Source of the DNA: Verrucomicrobiota bacterium
Lineage (GTDB): Bacteria > Verrucomicrobiota > Verrucomicrobiia > Limisphaerales > JACDHS01
NCBI GenBank assembly: GCA_013820875.1
Contig: JACDHS010000008.1
Span: forward strand, 277-64,276
Reading direction: 5' to 3'
DNA length: 64,000 nt
Shown here: positions 45,824-54,848 of the stretch, in pieces
How the letters are laid out: the number at the start of each line of letters is the position of its first letter
How positions within the stretch are numbered: the stretch's first letter is position 1
Position numbers and translations under genes: made by a program
The notes under the pieces: generated by a model
The model's database searches: none
What the model was told of the DNA's origin: nothing
What the model saw: only the letters and a program-made list of their open reading frames with translations

Positions 45824-46963
45824 CTAACAAACCAAAGCGAATTCTATAAAATCGGCATCCCTTTGCTTCCATGCCTCTTCGTGTTTCTCAAAGAATGCGC
45901 GTTGCTCTGCAGAACATTTTAAGCCTCGATTCAACAGTTTGAAAATTTTATTAATGTAATAACGAAATGCAGGCTCAATTGTAGCTTCATCATAACCGTG
46001 GGTATAGATGCCGAGTTTCGGACAGGCAAACAGCCAGGCGTTATCTCCACGATGTTTTATGAAATCTCCCCCTTGCTGTAATGGGCCAAAATCTTTCAAA
46101 AGAAATTGATCCAGTTCAGTGGTGTACTGTTTTGGGGTGTTGCCGGCTTTCTCCACAACGCGAATTTCTTTTTCATCGATCATTTCTGCAGTGAGGAGAT
46201 CGCCTTCGTCGAGTATCGGTCCCTGAAATAGTAAACCGACCGACGCTGCCTCGTTAAGGCGATTGAATACAAATAAAAGCCGAGGCACGTCATCTAGATT
46301 GTCTGTTTCAAGTAACTTTTCGAAAAAGTCTTTTTGAACGTCGCTAAGAGTAGATTGAAATGCTGGCATCGAGACGGCGGTGAAGTGGGTATTCTCGATT
46401 TCTTCAGAGCTGGATTTACGTGATCGAGGCACCAGCAAGGCGAACGTTGTAAAATTGTTTGGGTTCGCAGTTTTCTTTTCCAGAATTGAATACATTCCAT
46501 CATCTTGAATTTGGTCGGGGGCGATCAAGGCAGCATCTTGCATCGGATCTTCGATGAAGGTTTTCAAAGCTGCGACGGTTGATTCGCACGGTTTTAGGGC
46601 AGCTTTGAATTGCTTAAGAAAATGCGAGCACTGTTGTTTTGCTACTTTTACACAACAAATCCGTTTGATCTTACTAGGATCCGACCTGCGCGTTATGAAC
46701 CAGAATTGGATGCATCCCGGCCAAATGTCAACCAATCGACATCTTCGTTCCAGAAGGTGTTCCCAAACATTAGTATCCCGGATCTCACCTTTATGAGAAT
46801 TCCACACGGGGGTAGCCAAAGGTTTGCAATCTTCGACTAGTAGGTCGCCAATTCTTGCAAATGCTGTATATGAATCAATATCCGCGTCTGGGAAGCGTTT
46901 GATTACTGCAAGACCAGTCTGGGATGTCCGTCCTTCATATGACAGGATAGAGGGGATGTTCAT
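45824..46963 (-). CDS. Uncharacterised AT-rich protein in the methyltransferase operon
   Basis: 379-aa ORF whose ATG overlaps the upstream TGA (ATGA at 46960-46963); no family recognised. Confidence 0.8.
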   Translation of the reverse strand: MNIPSILSYEGRTSQTGLAVIKRFPDADIDSYTAFARIGDLLVEDCKPLATPVWNSHKGEIRDTNVWEHLLERRCRLVDIWPGCIQFWFITRRSDPSKIKRICCVKVAKQQCSHFLKQFKAALKPCESTVAALKTFIEDPMQDAALIAPDQIQDDGMYSILEKKTANPNNFTTFALLVPRSRKSSSEEIENTHFTAVSMPAFQSTLSDVQKDFFEKLLETDNLDDVPRLLFVFNRLNEAASVGLLFQGPILDEGDLLTAEMIDEKEIRVVEKAGNTPKQYTTELDQFLLKDFGPLQQGGDFIKHRGDNAWLFACPKLGIYTHGYDEATIEPAFRYYINKIFKLLNRGLKCSAEQRAFFEKHEEAWKQRDADFIEFALVC

Positions 46964-48102
46964 TTCTTCGCCCCTTTTTTTATGCATTTTGAACATACCT
47001 CAGCGATCTGCTCTAGCAGTTCTGAAACTTTTGATGTTATCTCTTCGGCTGGAAGCCCCTTGATCCAAGCTAAAAATAGTCGTGCTTTGTCCTCTGCTGC
47101 GCGCAACGCCCTTTTCTCATTCATCATTGCTACCACCTGCTCCAACTTTGTTCCTTTCGATTCCTTGAGTAAGCTCCACGCTTCTGAATCCCGTCTTGCG
47201 CGAATCATTGGTTCAACCTGTTTCAGGTTTTGAAACCCATCTTGTTGCGCCATCAAGTGAAAAAACATTCTTTTGGTATCAGGCAACTCGGTCGCGTTTA
47301 ACTGAGACCGCCCTTTCATTGCTTTGTTTCGGAATTCCCAGAAGTAGACGAATTGTTCTTCTACGACTTGGCGGTGTTTATAGTGTGCATCCTCCGTTTT
47401 CGATGATGAAACAAACTCGTTGGCGATTTGGAGTGTCTCAAGCCATTGGTTAGCTATCGATTCGGACATCGCAAATACTTCAGCGATTTCAGCGAGTGCC
47501 TTTTCATGTGTTAGCTTTGACTTAAGGCAAGCAGTGTAATAGTCCTCGACAACCTTGGCCTTGGCCCCAAACGGCCAAGGTATTTTAAGGTCTGGAACAA
47601 AATTTGCCTCTGCGAGAATTTTGAGCCGTTGTTTCTCATTCAAGTCCGTTGTTTTAATCACCCAAACTGGTATGCGATCTAATACTTGGGGCTGTTGCTG
47701 CTTTTTTCGTTCGAATCGCCGTCTCAGCAAATGGCTGGCAAAAAAGCGACGGTTTCCATCCAGTAGCGTTGCATCATCTAATATGATCATTGGAACCCGC
47801 ACTCCATTCCTTTCTATTGAGCGGGAAAGGCTGTCGAGTTCGTGAATTGGGAGGCTGGTGACAAAATCCACCACCCTTTCAAAAGGTATCTCGGCAAGCT
47901 TCTTTTTTTCTATGCGCTCGAGGCGATCAAACGTGAATTTGGTTCGATCGTTTTCTGGCCAGTAGGTGATTTTCGACAAAGGCAGTTCGGTAGGATATAC
48001 AGTTATCCATTCATCGTGGAACAGCTCTGTTTTCGGCTTCAGCCCCTTTGTAGATACGATAGCAGAATCGATCTTTTTCGTTAGGGTTTTGAGTTTTGAC
48101 AT
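46960..48102 (-). CDS. ParB N-terminal-domain protein with HTH-like segment
   Basis: LSRSIERNGVRVPMII...LLDGNRR; later LAEIAEVFAMSESIANQWL helix-turn-helix pattern. Confidence 0.78.
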   Translation of the reverse strand: MSKLKTLTKKIDSAIVSTKGLKPKTELFHDEWITVYPTELPLSKITYWPENDRTKFTFDRLERIEKKKLAEIPFERVVDFVTSLPIHELDSLSRSIERNGVRVPMIILDDATLLDGNRRFFASHLLRRRFERKKQQQPQVLDRIPVWVIKTTDLNEKQRLKILAEANFVPDLKIPWPFGAKAKVVEDYYTACLKSKLTHEKALAEIAEVFAMSESIANQWLETLQIANEFVSSSKTEDAHYKHRQVVEEQFVYFWEFRNKAMKGRSQLNATELPDTKRMFFHLMAQQDGFQNLKQVEPMIRARRDSEAWSLLKESKGTKLEQVVAMMNEKRALRAAEDKARLFLAWIKGLPAEEITSKVSELLEQIAEVCSKCIKKGAKK

Positions 48103-48150
48103 GTATTTAAATCCAGTTTTCCTAGCCTAACTTCCCGCGCATCAAAAAAA

Positions 48151-49479
48151 TCAGCACACAGGACGTATTTTCAACGCGGCAAATCCCTTGCGTAGGCCAC
48201 CAGCTTTTCCCAACCAAGCACAGTCCGCTTCCCTGCCAGTATTCTCGCGCATGAAATAGGGATTCAAAGTCGTGCGTGGCCGATTTCTTAATTTTTCCAA
48301 AATCTCACGATTTGCACACAGAACTTCACCGCAATAGCGAATTTTATTCCTGCTGCTTATCATTCTTCGAATTGCCGCCCCGATTGCACTACCTAGCCCT
48401 ACTGGCGTGGCGTTGCCGATTTGTCGATATTGCTCGCCAATTGCGCCTGCAAAACGCCATTCATCGGGAAAACCTTGGATCCGAGCGCACTCTTGGACGC
48501 TTAACGGTCTGTCTTCAGCAGGGTGACACAGCATAGTTGCGCGACTTCTAGGGTTGTTGATGATTGTCGGTGCAGGCTCATTCCATGCTAATCGTCGTAA
48601 GAAGCCACATCGCCCTCCCCAAGAATGATAAGCACCACCGATTGCTTGGGCTTGAAGCTCAGTCGGCAGGGCTCGCCAATTTGCTCCAGCAGGAATGCGT
48701 CGCAAATATTCGAGATTTACTTCATTGAAAGGCTGATAAACAGGTTCATTTTCATTCAAATCGGCAACTGCAGTCTGAAAGTCCACCCATGGGTGCAGGC
48801 CATCGCTGCCATTCTCAGCATGAGTGGCCACTGGCCAGATGCTTGAACCGTCGCGTGCCCCTATAATAACGAAACGTTCTCGTTTTTGCGGAACTCCGAA
48901 ATCGGCCGCGTTTAATGTGCCCCAAGTAGCGCAGTAGCCTGTTTTTTCACAGAAAGCTTTTAAATCCTCAAGGATACGCCGGAAAGCAGAACCATATTCC
49001 TCGGACGGCTTTAGAGGCGGAAAACCTGGGCCACGTTCTGCTAAAGGTCGATGCTTCAGTGCTGCAGATAAGAGCCCCTTCACGTTTTCAATAACGAAAT
49101 AGCGTGGTTGAAGCAATGCGACTGCATTGAACATAATGTCGAACCCTGAGGCTCTTTCGTCCTTCAAAGAAAGTCTCTTGCCAGCAGTGCTAAACGGTTG
49201 GCACGGTGGAGCACCGGCCAAAATACCTATGCTTCCGACCTTAAGGCGTGCCTGTTTTATGATTTTTGCGCACGCATATTCAACGTTGTTTTCCGTCAGT
49301 GGTTCGGAGAAAACAACCAAGGGGCGTCCTTTCTTTGCGTGCTGGTTCAATTCAATTGTTTCTAGGGCGGCCTTATTGCAATCGGCAACGGCGCGAAGAG
49401 AAAATCCGGCAGCTTCCAAACCGAGATCTAACCCTAGCGCACCAGAAAAAAAAGATACAATTGTTTGCGGCTTTGACAT
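48151..49479 (-). CDS. DNA (cytosine-5)-methyltransferase
   Basis: FFSGALGLDLG, PPCQPFS, ENVKGL, QKRER, RIQGFP, QIGNATP motifs. Confidence 0.96.
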   Translation of the reverse strand: MSKPQTIVSFFSGALGLDLGLEAAGFSLRAVADCNKAALETIELNQHAKKGRPLVVFSEPLTENNVEYACAKIIKQARLKVGSIGILAGAPPCQPFSTAGKRLSLKDERASGFDIMFNAVALLQPRYFVIENVKGLLSAALKHRPLAERGPGFPPLKPSEEYGSAFRRILEDLKAFCEKTGYCATWGTLNAADFGVPQKRERFVIIGARDGSSIWPVATHAENGSDGLHPWVDFQTAVADLNENEPVYQPFNEVNLEYLRRIPAGANWRALPTELQAQAIGGAYHSWGGRCGFLRRLAWNEPAPTIINNPRSRATMLCHPAEDRPLSVQECARIQGFPDEWRFAGAIGEQYRQIGNATPVGLGSAIGAAIRRMISSRNKIRYCGEVLCANREILEKLRNRPRTTLNPYFMRENTGREADCAWLGKAGGLRKGFAALKIRPVC

Positions 49480-49900
49480 TTATTTGTTGGTTCTAACAGA
49501 ATCGGTTCCCATCATAGTTTTAAAGTAAATTGTGGATCAACGTTGAGGAAAAGCACGTTTCCTAGTCATTTGTCTTCCAGTTTGTTGGGTTTCTTGTTGC
49601 TGGGCAAAGCGTCATTAGAATTTACGCTTTCTCGTTCAGATGGTCACGCTGACCATACATAGCAGGTTTTACGTATCAAAGATATTTCCATTGATAAACT
49701 CTGGAACGGAGTGTTTAGCGCCTTTGGCATTTTATAAGTCCCAAAATCAAGCCTACAGGGCCGATAAATGCCAGGAGCGGGGCAGGGATGAGATTGTTGA
49801 AAATGTACGGGTTGTTTCCCGAGCTCTACATGGGACTGCCGGGTTGTCCGACGGAATTGAACTTTGAGATTGCCATTCTTTTTAGGCGGACTGGTTGCCG

Positions 49901-50143
49901 CTACTTCTTTCGCTTGAAAAGGAAGCCTTGAGTTTTTTCGAAAGAAAAAAAGCCAACAGCTTCCCAGCCATCATCGCCCAACCTGCTAAGCCGGTCAGGA
50001 TCAAGATGGGATGAGCCGCTCCGGTAGTAGGTCGTATACTCCCATTGCGTGCGTTTCTCTTGGACAGCAGCGATTGTGAGGATCAGAAGGGCACTCAAGA
50101 CTGCGCCGGTTACCAGGCTTCGAATGTTTACGTTATGTTTCAT
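49901..50143 (-). CDS. Small exported DUF4177-like protein
   Basis: Signal/TM followed by QWEY...LGDDGWEAV...FLFKRKK. Confidence 0.75.
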   Translation of the reverse strand: MKHNVNIRSLVTGAVLSALLILTIAAVQEKRTQWEYTTYYRSGSSHLDPDRLSRLGDDGWEAVGFFSFEKTQGFLFKRKK

Positions 50144-50496
50144 CTATGTGGTCTTCCCGTGGTGAATTTCTGTGAAGCATTGACAATGTCGGATGCTTCT
50201 CTGGTCTGACGTGGGGGGATCGGGATTATTCGAGGCTGTGGTCGACTCACCCGGAAACGCACGCAGCGGAGAGTTAATCCTCGTCTGGTTTTTATGCGAC
50301 GAGGGACGGCATGTTCGGTTGGAATGGGAGAAAGATGGTTCGGGAAAGCTGCTTGGAACCGGTCGGAAAGCACGTTTGGCGCGTGATTTTCCGATCGGGT
50401 TGTCGGAATGGATTGTTACAGGGAAATAAACAGGGTGTCGCTTCGTCATACTTTCCGTTCCGCGGACACTTTTCTCCCCTGCGTTATTGGCTCCAT

Positions 50497-50888
50497 ATTT
50501 CTCGGGGAAAAAGGTCTGATTCACGACCGGATGGCCATTTTTTTCGGCGGAAAAGTTCAGATCAATAGGTGTTCATGGCTTTTTCCGCCGAAAAAAATCA
50601 AGTGCATAAGGTGATAACGACTTTTTTCGGCCGAAAAAACGAAATCAACAGGTGTTCATGACTTTATCCGGCGGAAAAAACCATTGTCATAAGGTGTTCA
50701 TGACCTTTTTCGCCGGAAAAAACCGATGTCATAAGGTGATAACGACTTTTTTCGCCGAAAAAAACCAAATCAATAGGTGTTCATGACTTTTTCCCGCGAA
50801 AAAAACCGATGTCATAAGGTGTTCATGACTTATTTCGCCGAAAAAACCCGAATCAACAGGTGTAGGTGACTTTTTTTGCGGGAAAAAA
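50497..50888. repeat. 41/42-bp-period array of 8 units with T/A-tract palindromes
   Basis: AGGTG at 50567, 50609, 50650, 50692, 50734, 50775, 50817, 50858; unit approximates AGGTGTTCATGACTTTTTTCGCCGAAAAAAACCGATGTCATA. Confidence 0.93.
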
Positions 50889-51058
50889 TGGCAGTCTGGT
50901 GCTGTTTCCGGTTGTAACGGCCTTTAAGGCAGAGGTTTACGAACCGTCTGGAGGTTTTTCGCTGTTTTCGGTGGAATAGAAAGGCGGCTTCTGATCTGGT
51001 CTTTGCTTTGTTCCGGAGGAGTCCATTCTTCCGGGGTATTTCGCCAATGAAGATTGAT

Positions 51059-51149
51059 CCTAAAACCGCAGTTGAACCGCTAATCTTCGCTGATAGTCGC
51101 TAATGGAGAAGTGAATGTGCGAAACAATGACTTCAACCAACAGGTGGTT
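51059..51149 (+). repeat. ~90-bp dispersed element, copy 2
   Basis: CCTAAAACCGCAGTTGAACCGCTAATCTTCGCTGATAGTCGCTAATGGAGAAGTG...GCGAAACAATGACTTCAACCAACAGGTGGTT; see 23761. Confidence 0.85.
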
Positions 51150-51312
51150 CAAAGATCCAAACGAAGGCAAAAGTCAGGGAGGAGAGTTAGAGTTGTAGAG
51201 TCGCAGCCCGCACGCCGGACCTTCAATAATCCGACAACGTCAACAATTCCAACTGAACTGGTTGACTTGGGGAAACGATGAAAATTGTTCCGGTGGACTG
51301 TTCGGGGAGGTC

Positions 51313-51652
51313 GAAAAACGCGTATTTCTCGTGATTTCCCTTCGGGCGGACAGGTGAATTACGTAATTGACGTGTTTTCATGAAGGGAAATTCCGTGAAT
51401 TACGTAATTCACGACTCCGCCCGACGGGCGAGGTGGTGAATTCTGTAATTCACGTGTCCGCCCGACGGGCGGAGAGGCCAAATACGTAATTCACGTGCTC
51501 GCACGACGGGCGGAGACGTCAATTACGTAATTCTCGTCCTCGCCCGACGGGAGAAGTGGTGAAATACGTATTTGTCGTGTTTTCCTGAAGGGAAACTCCG
51601 TGAATTACGTAATTCACGACTCCGCCCGATGGGAAATCACGAGAAAAACGTG
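51313..51652. repeat. 41-bp-period array built on the palindrome GTGAATTACGTAATTCAC
   Basis: TACGTA core or variant at 51319, 51360, 51401, 51442, 51483, 51524, 51565, 51606; linkers are a second hairpin (CGCCCGACGGGCG or TTTCCTGAAGGGAAA). Confidence 0.95.
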
Positions 51653-51835
51653 TTGTCTGCTGTTGTAAGTCGCTGCGAGGGAAGGGGATATTTGCTTTTA
51701 ACCACGCATGGAAAGGATTAACCGAGCGCGGCGTAGCTGCAAAAGCGCTTTTACAACGGAAGAGGGGGATTGGCATTGGTTTATTCCGTTCGCATCTGCG
51801 AAATTGGACCGGGTTTTAGAGCCAGCCGAGAGGCG

Positions 51836-53038
51836 TTAGATTATGATTAACTCGTCTGTTCTATCGTGGAATTTCGTTAGCACTTCTGCGCCAGTTTTTG
51901 TCACCAGCACCATGTCGCAATGGCGAGCGCCGCCAAATCCTTCCTCGTAAAAGCCGGGTTCGACATTGAAGACCATGCCTTCCTCCAAAACGTCCGTTGA
52001 TTTCGGATGCAGCATTGGCGGTGCGCTGTGATTGATCGCAGCGAAGCCAACCCCATGGCCAGTGGGATGCTTGAACTCTTTTCCAAACCCCCGCTCTTTC
52101 ATTGTCTCGCGGGCAGCGCGATCCACTTCGCTTGCCTTCACACTAGGTTTGATTTTTGCGAGGGCGGCATCGCGCGCTTCGAGCAGCGCGTCCAAAATGT
52201 TCTGCTTTCGATCATCCGCTTTGCCGAGAATATAGGTTCGCGTGATGTCAGTCCAAAAACCATCGGCGTAGGAGTTACAGTGGATCAAAACGAAATCGCC
52301 GTCCGCTAACCGGCGGGAACGCGACCATTGATAAGCGGCGGAGGCATCGGCGGCGTTTGGACCTGACATGCAATAGACAAATCCATCGGCCCGCAGAATG
52401 TTTTCATTCTCGGGAACGCTGAGCGGCGTGCGAAAGAAATTTGCCAACTCCGTTTCCTTGAGGTCGGGACGTATGTTCTTTTTGCCGACGACATAGGCTT
52501 GTTCTGCAATTGCGCAGGCGCTACGAAGGCGCGTGATTTCGCCGGGCGTAAGGGTAGTTCGGAGCGTGCTAATCAGAGCATCCGCTGAAACCAACTTTGC
52601 ACCATAAGATGCCTGCTCCACCATTTCTTTGATGATGGGTGCGAAGGAGTGCATGGAGGCATAGCTGCAAGGCTGGTATTGATCTTCGCTTTCGAAGCCG
52701 ATCTTTCCGTTGCTGAAAAGGTTCAGGCTGGTCGCGATTTCCACGAGAGGTGCTCGGGCCGACTCTGCTTTCTTTTTAATTTCCTCCAGTGACCCACCGG
52801 AGAACGTACGGACCTCGTCAGCCCAACTCTGTTTCGCGAGCACCTTTTCATCTTCGGGCACGATCAAAATAATTTTCCCATCGCGGGTGGCGAGCGCGAT
52901 TGAACTGCCTATGACCGGCCAATATCCTGAAAGCAGCAGGACGTTCGATGGAAAGCAGCAAGCCACTGCATCCAGTTGCGCTCTCTCCAATGCTTGTTGG
53001 ATCCGTGTTACGCGTTCATTGTCGCGGTGGATTGTCAT
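51836..53038 (-). CDS. M24 (Xaa-Pro) peptidase family protein
   Basis: DITRT, HPTGHGVG and VFNVEPGFY pita-bread motifs plus a creatinase-like N-domain. Confidence 0.9.
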   Translation of the reverse strand: MTIHRDNERVTRIQQALERAQLDAVACCFPSNVLLLSGYWPVIGSSIALATRDGKIILIVPEDEKVLAKQSWADEVRTFSGGSLEEIKKKAESARAPLVEIATSLNLFSNGKIGFESEDQYQPCSYASMHSFAPIIKEMVEQASYGAKLVSADALISTLRTTLTPGEITRLRSACAIAEQAYVVGKKNIRPDLKETELANFFRTPLSVPENENILRADGFVYCMSGPNAADASAAYQWSRSRRLADGDFVLIHCNSYADGFWTDITRTYILGKADDRKQNILDALLEARDAALAKIKPSVKASEVDRAARETMKERGFGKEFKHPTGHGVGFAAINHSAPPMLHPKSTDVLEEGMVFNVEPGFYEEGFGGARHCDMVLVTKTGAEVLTKFHDRTDELIII

Positions 53039-54360
53039 ACCGGTTCCGTTTCATCGCGCTTGCCTGTTGAAGGATCGTTTTGCCCCCAATGTTCCGGCGG
53101 ATGCTTGAGGATTTCAGGATCCCATTCCCCCGTGAGTGTCAGTGGACCATTCGGCAGCAGTGGCTGATAACTCCATTGCTGGATCAGTTTTTTATAAGCA
53201 GTCCCTACTTTCCGGATATTGCGGTCGAGATCGAAGAGCCCGAGAGAATTGACATTGCCATTGTTTTCCCGGAGCGCCGTGTCCCAGTCCACCTGGTCAG
53301 TGAGGCTATACCAGGTCATGCCGCAAATAGGCACGCCATCGTGGCGAAGCTTCTGGATGTTACGCCATGTCTTCCAAAGCCAGCGTTCGGACTCGGGTTC
53401 GATGTGATTCGTTTCGGTGTGCATGATGGGCAGGTTATAGCGCTTGTGGTAGTCACGTGTAATCACGTAGTAGCCGAATGTCTCCCCGCCAAAGACTCGA
53501 GTCTCTGGATCAACCAGCAAGTGTTCATTGGTGGTGTAGTAATCATTTCCCATGACGCAATGTTCCCGCAGATTTTTGCCCATGAAGAAATCGTATTCCT
53601 TGCCAGTCATCCCATTGTCGCGCAGGTACTCATACATGCCCGAACTCACGCGGCGGCCGTAGTTCAAGTCGAGTGAAAGGAAGCGGCGCTCGTTGAGCAT
53701 TTCCGCTTCGTCCACCAAATCGGGAGATGCTGGGTGTGTAAACTCGGAAGATTCGCTTTGGATGAAAAGGGCATCTGGTCGGACGTTGAGGATCGCAAGC
53801 ATGGCTTCCACGTTCGCCTGTACCAGGTGCTTGAGTGCAGTGACAAATCCACGGTGCGTCTGCAAACGTTCATTCCACCATCCAAAATAGGCGCTGAACT
53901 CTGCCGCGATGTAGATTTCGTTGACCGGAGTATAAAAGCGTACCCAGGGGTAGCGTTCGGCAAAGGCGCGAGCGAATTCGGCAAAGCACTTTGGAAAATC
54001 GGGATTCTGGAAATTTTCAAGCCAATCGGGAACACCGAAGTGACAAAGTTCGACAATCGGCACGATTTTCAACCGATGCATTTCCGGGAAAACCATGTCC
54101 GTCCAGGACCAGTCGTAGCGCCCCGGGCCCAGGTGCATTTTATAATACGGCGGACCATAGCGAAGGTAGTGGATGCCAAGTTCACAGGTCAGTTTCAGGT
54201 CAGTGCGCCAGCAATCATAGTGCCGGCACTTCTCCATTTCATCCACCCGCTCCCGGCCTTTGCTCGTTTCGATCGTCGGATAGCTGCACTCGATTCCAGT
54301 CGCGAAAATGAAGCGTTGCGTAGCAGGGTTTTGGGTCTGATTGGGCTTAAAGTATTTCAT
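53035..54360 (-). CDS. Family 1 glycoside hydrolase-like protein
   Basis: FIFATGIECS, LCHFGVP, YTPVNE (acid/base), MHTETN (nucleophile), WYSLTDQVDW. Confidence 0.88.
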   Translation of the reverse strand: MKYFKPNQTQNPATQRFIFATGIECSYPTIETSKGRERVDEMEKCRHYDCWRTDLKLTCELGIHYLRYGPPYYKMHLGPGRYDWSWTDMVFPEMHRLKIVPIVELCHFGVPDWLENFQNPDFPKCFAEFARAFAERYPWVRFYTPVNEIYIAAEFSAYFGWWNERLQTHRGFVTALKHLVQANVEAMLAILNVRPDALFIQSESSEFTHPASPDLVDEAEMLNERRFLSLDLNYGRRVSSGMYEYLRDNGMTGKEYDFFMGKNLREHCVMGNDYYTTNEHLLVDPETRVFGGETFGYYVITRDYHKRYNLPIMHTETNHIEPESERWLWKTWRNIQKLRHDGVPICGMTWYSLTDQVDWDTALRENNGNVNSLGLFDLDRNIRKVGTAYKKLIQQWSYQPLLPNGPLTLTGEWDPEILKHPPEHWGQNDPSTGKRDETEPV

Positions 54361-54797
54361 CGTGTTTCGATTTGGATCAGGGCGAGCCCGGTTTCGGGAT
54401 CCACGGCCCGTCGTAAGTGCCGGGGAGATTCAGTCAACATAACCTCGAGGGTGGGCATCACGTGCGCCTCAAGCAAATGGCCGCCATGCGCTGTGCCATC
54501 TATCTTACCCACGACGATATGCGCATGGACTTTGGGTTCATTGTCCTTCAAGGAAATATCACCCGTGAGCGAGAGAACTTCCACCTGTTCGCGAATGGCA
54601 ATTCGGTTGTAATCCTTTTTTTCTAAAACGAAGAACCCAAGGGTGAGATCTGAAAAAGCGCCTATGCCCGTGAATTGGGTTGCGCTCAAGCGTTGTTCCC
54701 GGGCGAAACAATCCAGGTTCGACATCACCTCGTCCCCTTTATCAAAAATTAACGCCCACGTTTTCTGTGGGGCGTCATTAATGAGTTTTGCTTTCAT
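54357..54797 (-). CDS. PPC-domain (DUF296) protein
   Basis: FTGIGA, EVLSLTGDIS, HAHIVVG...AHGGHL...PTLEV. Confidence 0.92.
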   Translation of the reverse strand: MKAKLINDAPQKTWALIFDKGDEVMSNLDCFAREQRLSATQFTGIGAFSDLTLGFFVLEKKDYNRIAIREQVEVLSLTGDISLKDNEPKVHAHIVVGKIDGTAHGGHLLEAHVMPTLEVMLTESPRHLRRAVDPETGLALIQIETR

Positions 54798-54848
54798 GGT
54801 TCACGCCTGTTCATAAAATTCCCTCACAGTTTCCAATAAGCCGGCGAG

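Noticed and set aside
49640-49867. 75-aa plus-strand ORF upstream of the methyltransferase
   Set aside because: No motif, and the opposite strand has only short stop-interrupted frames; not supportable.
51450-51497. TTCACGTG resembling half of canonical parS
   Set aside because: Only a half-site match; the full TGTTTCACGTGAAACA consensus is absent.
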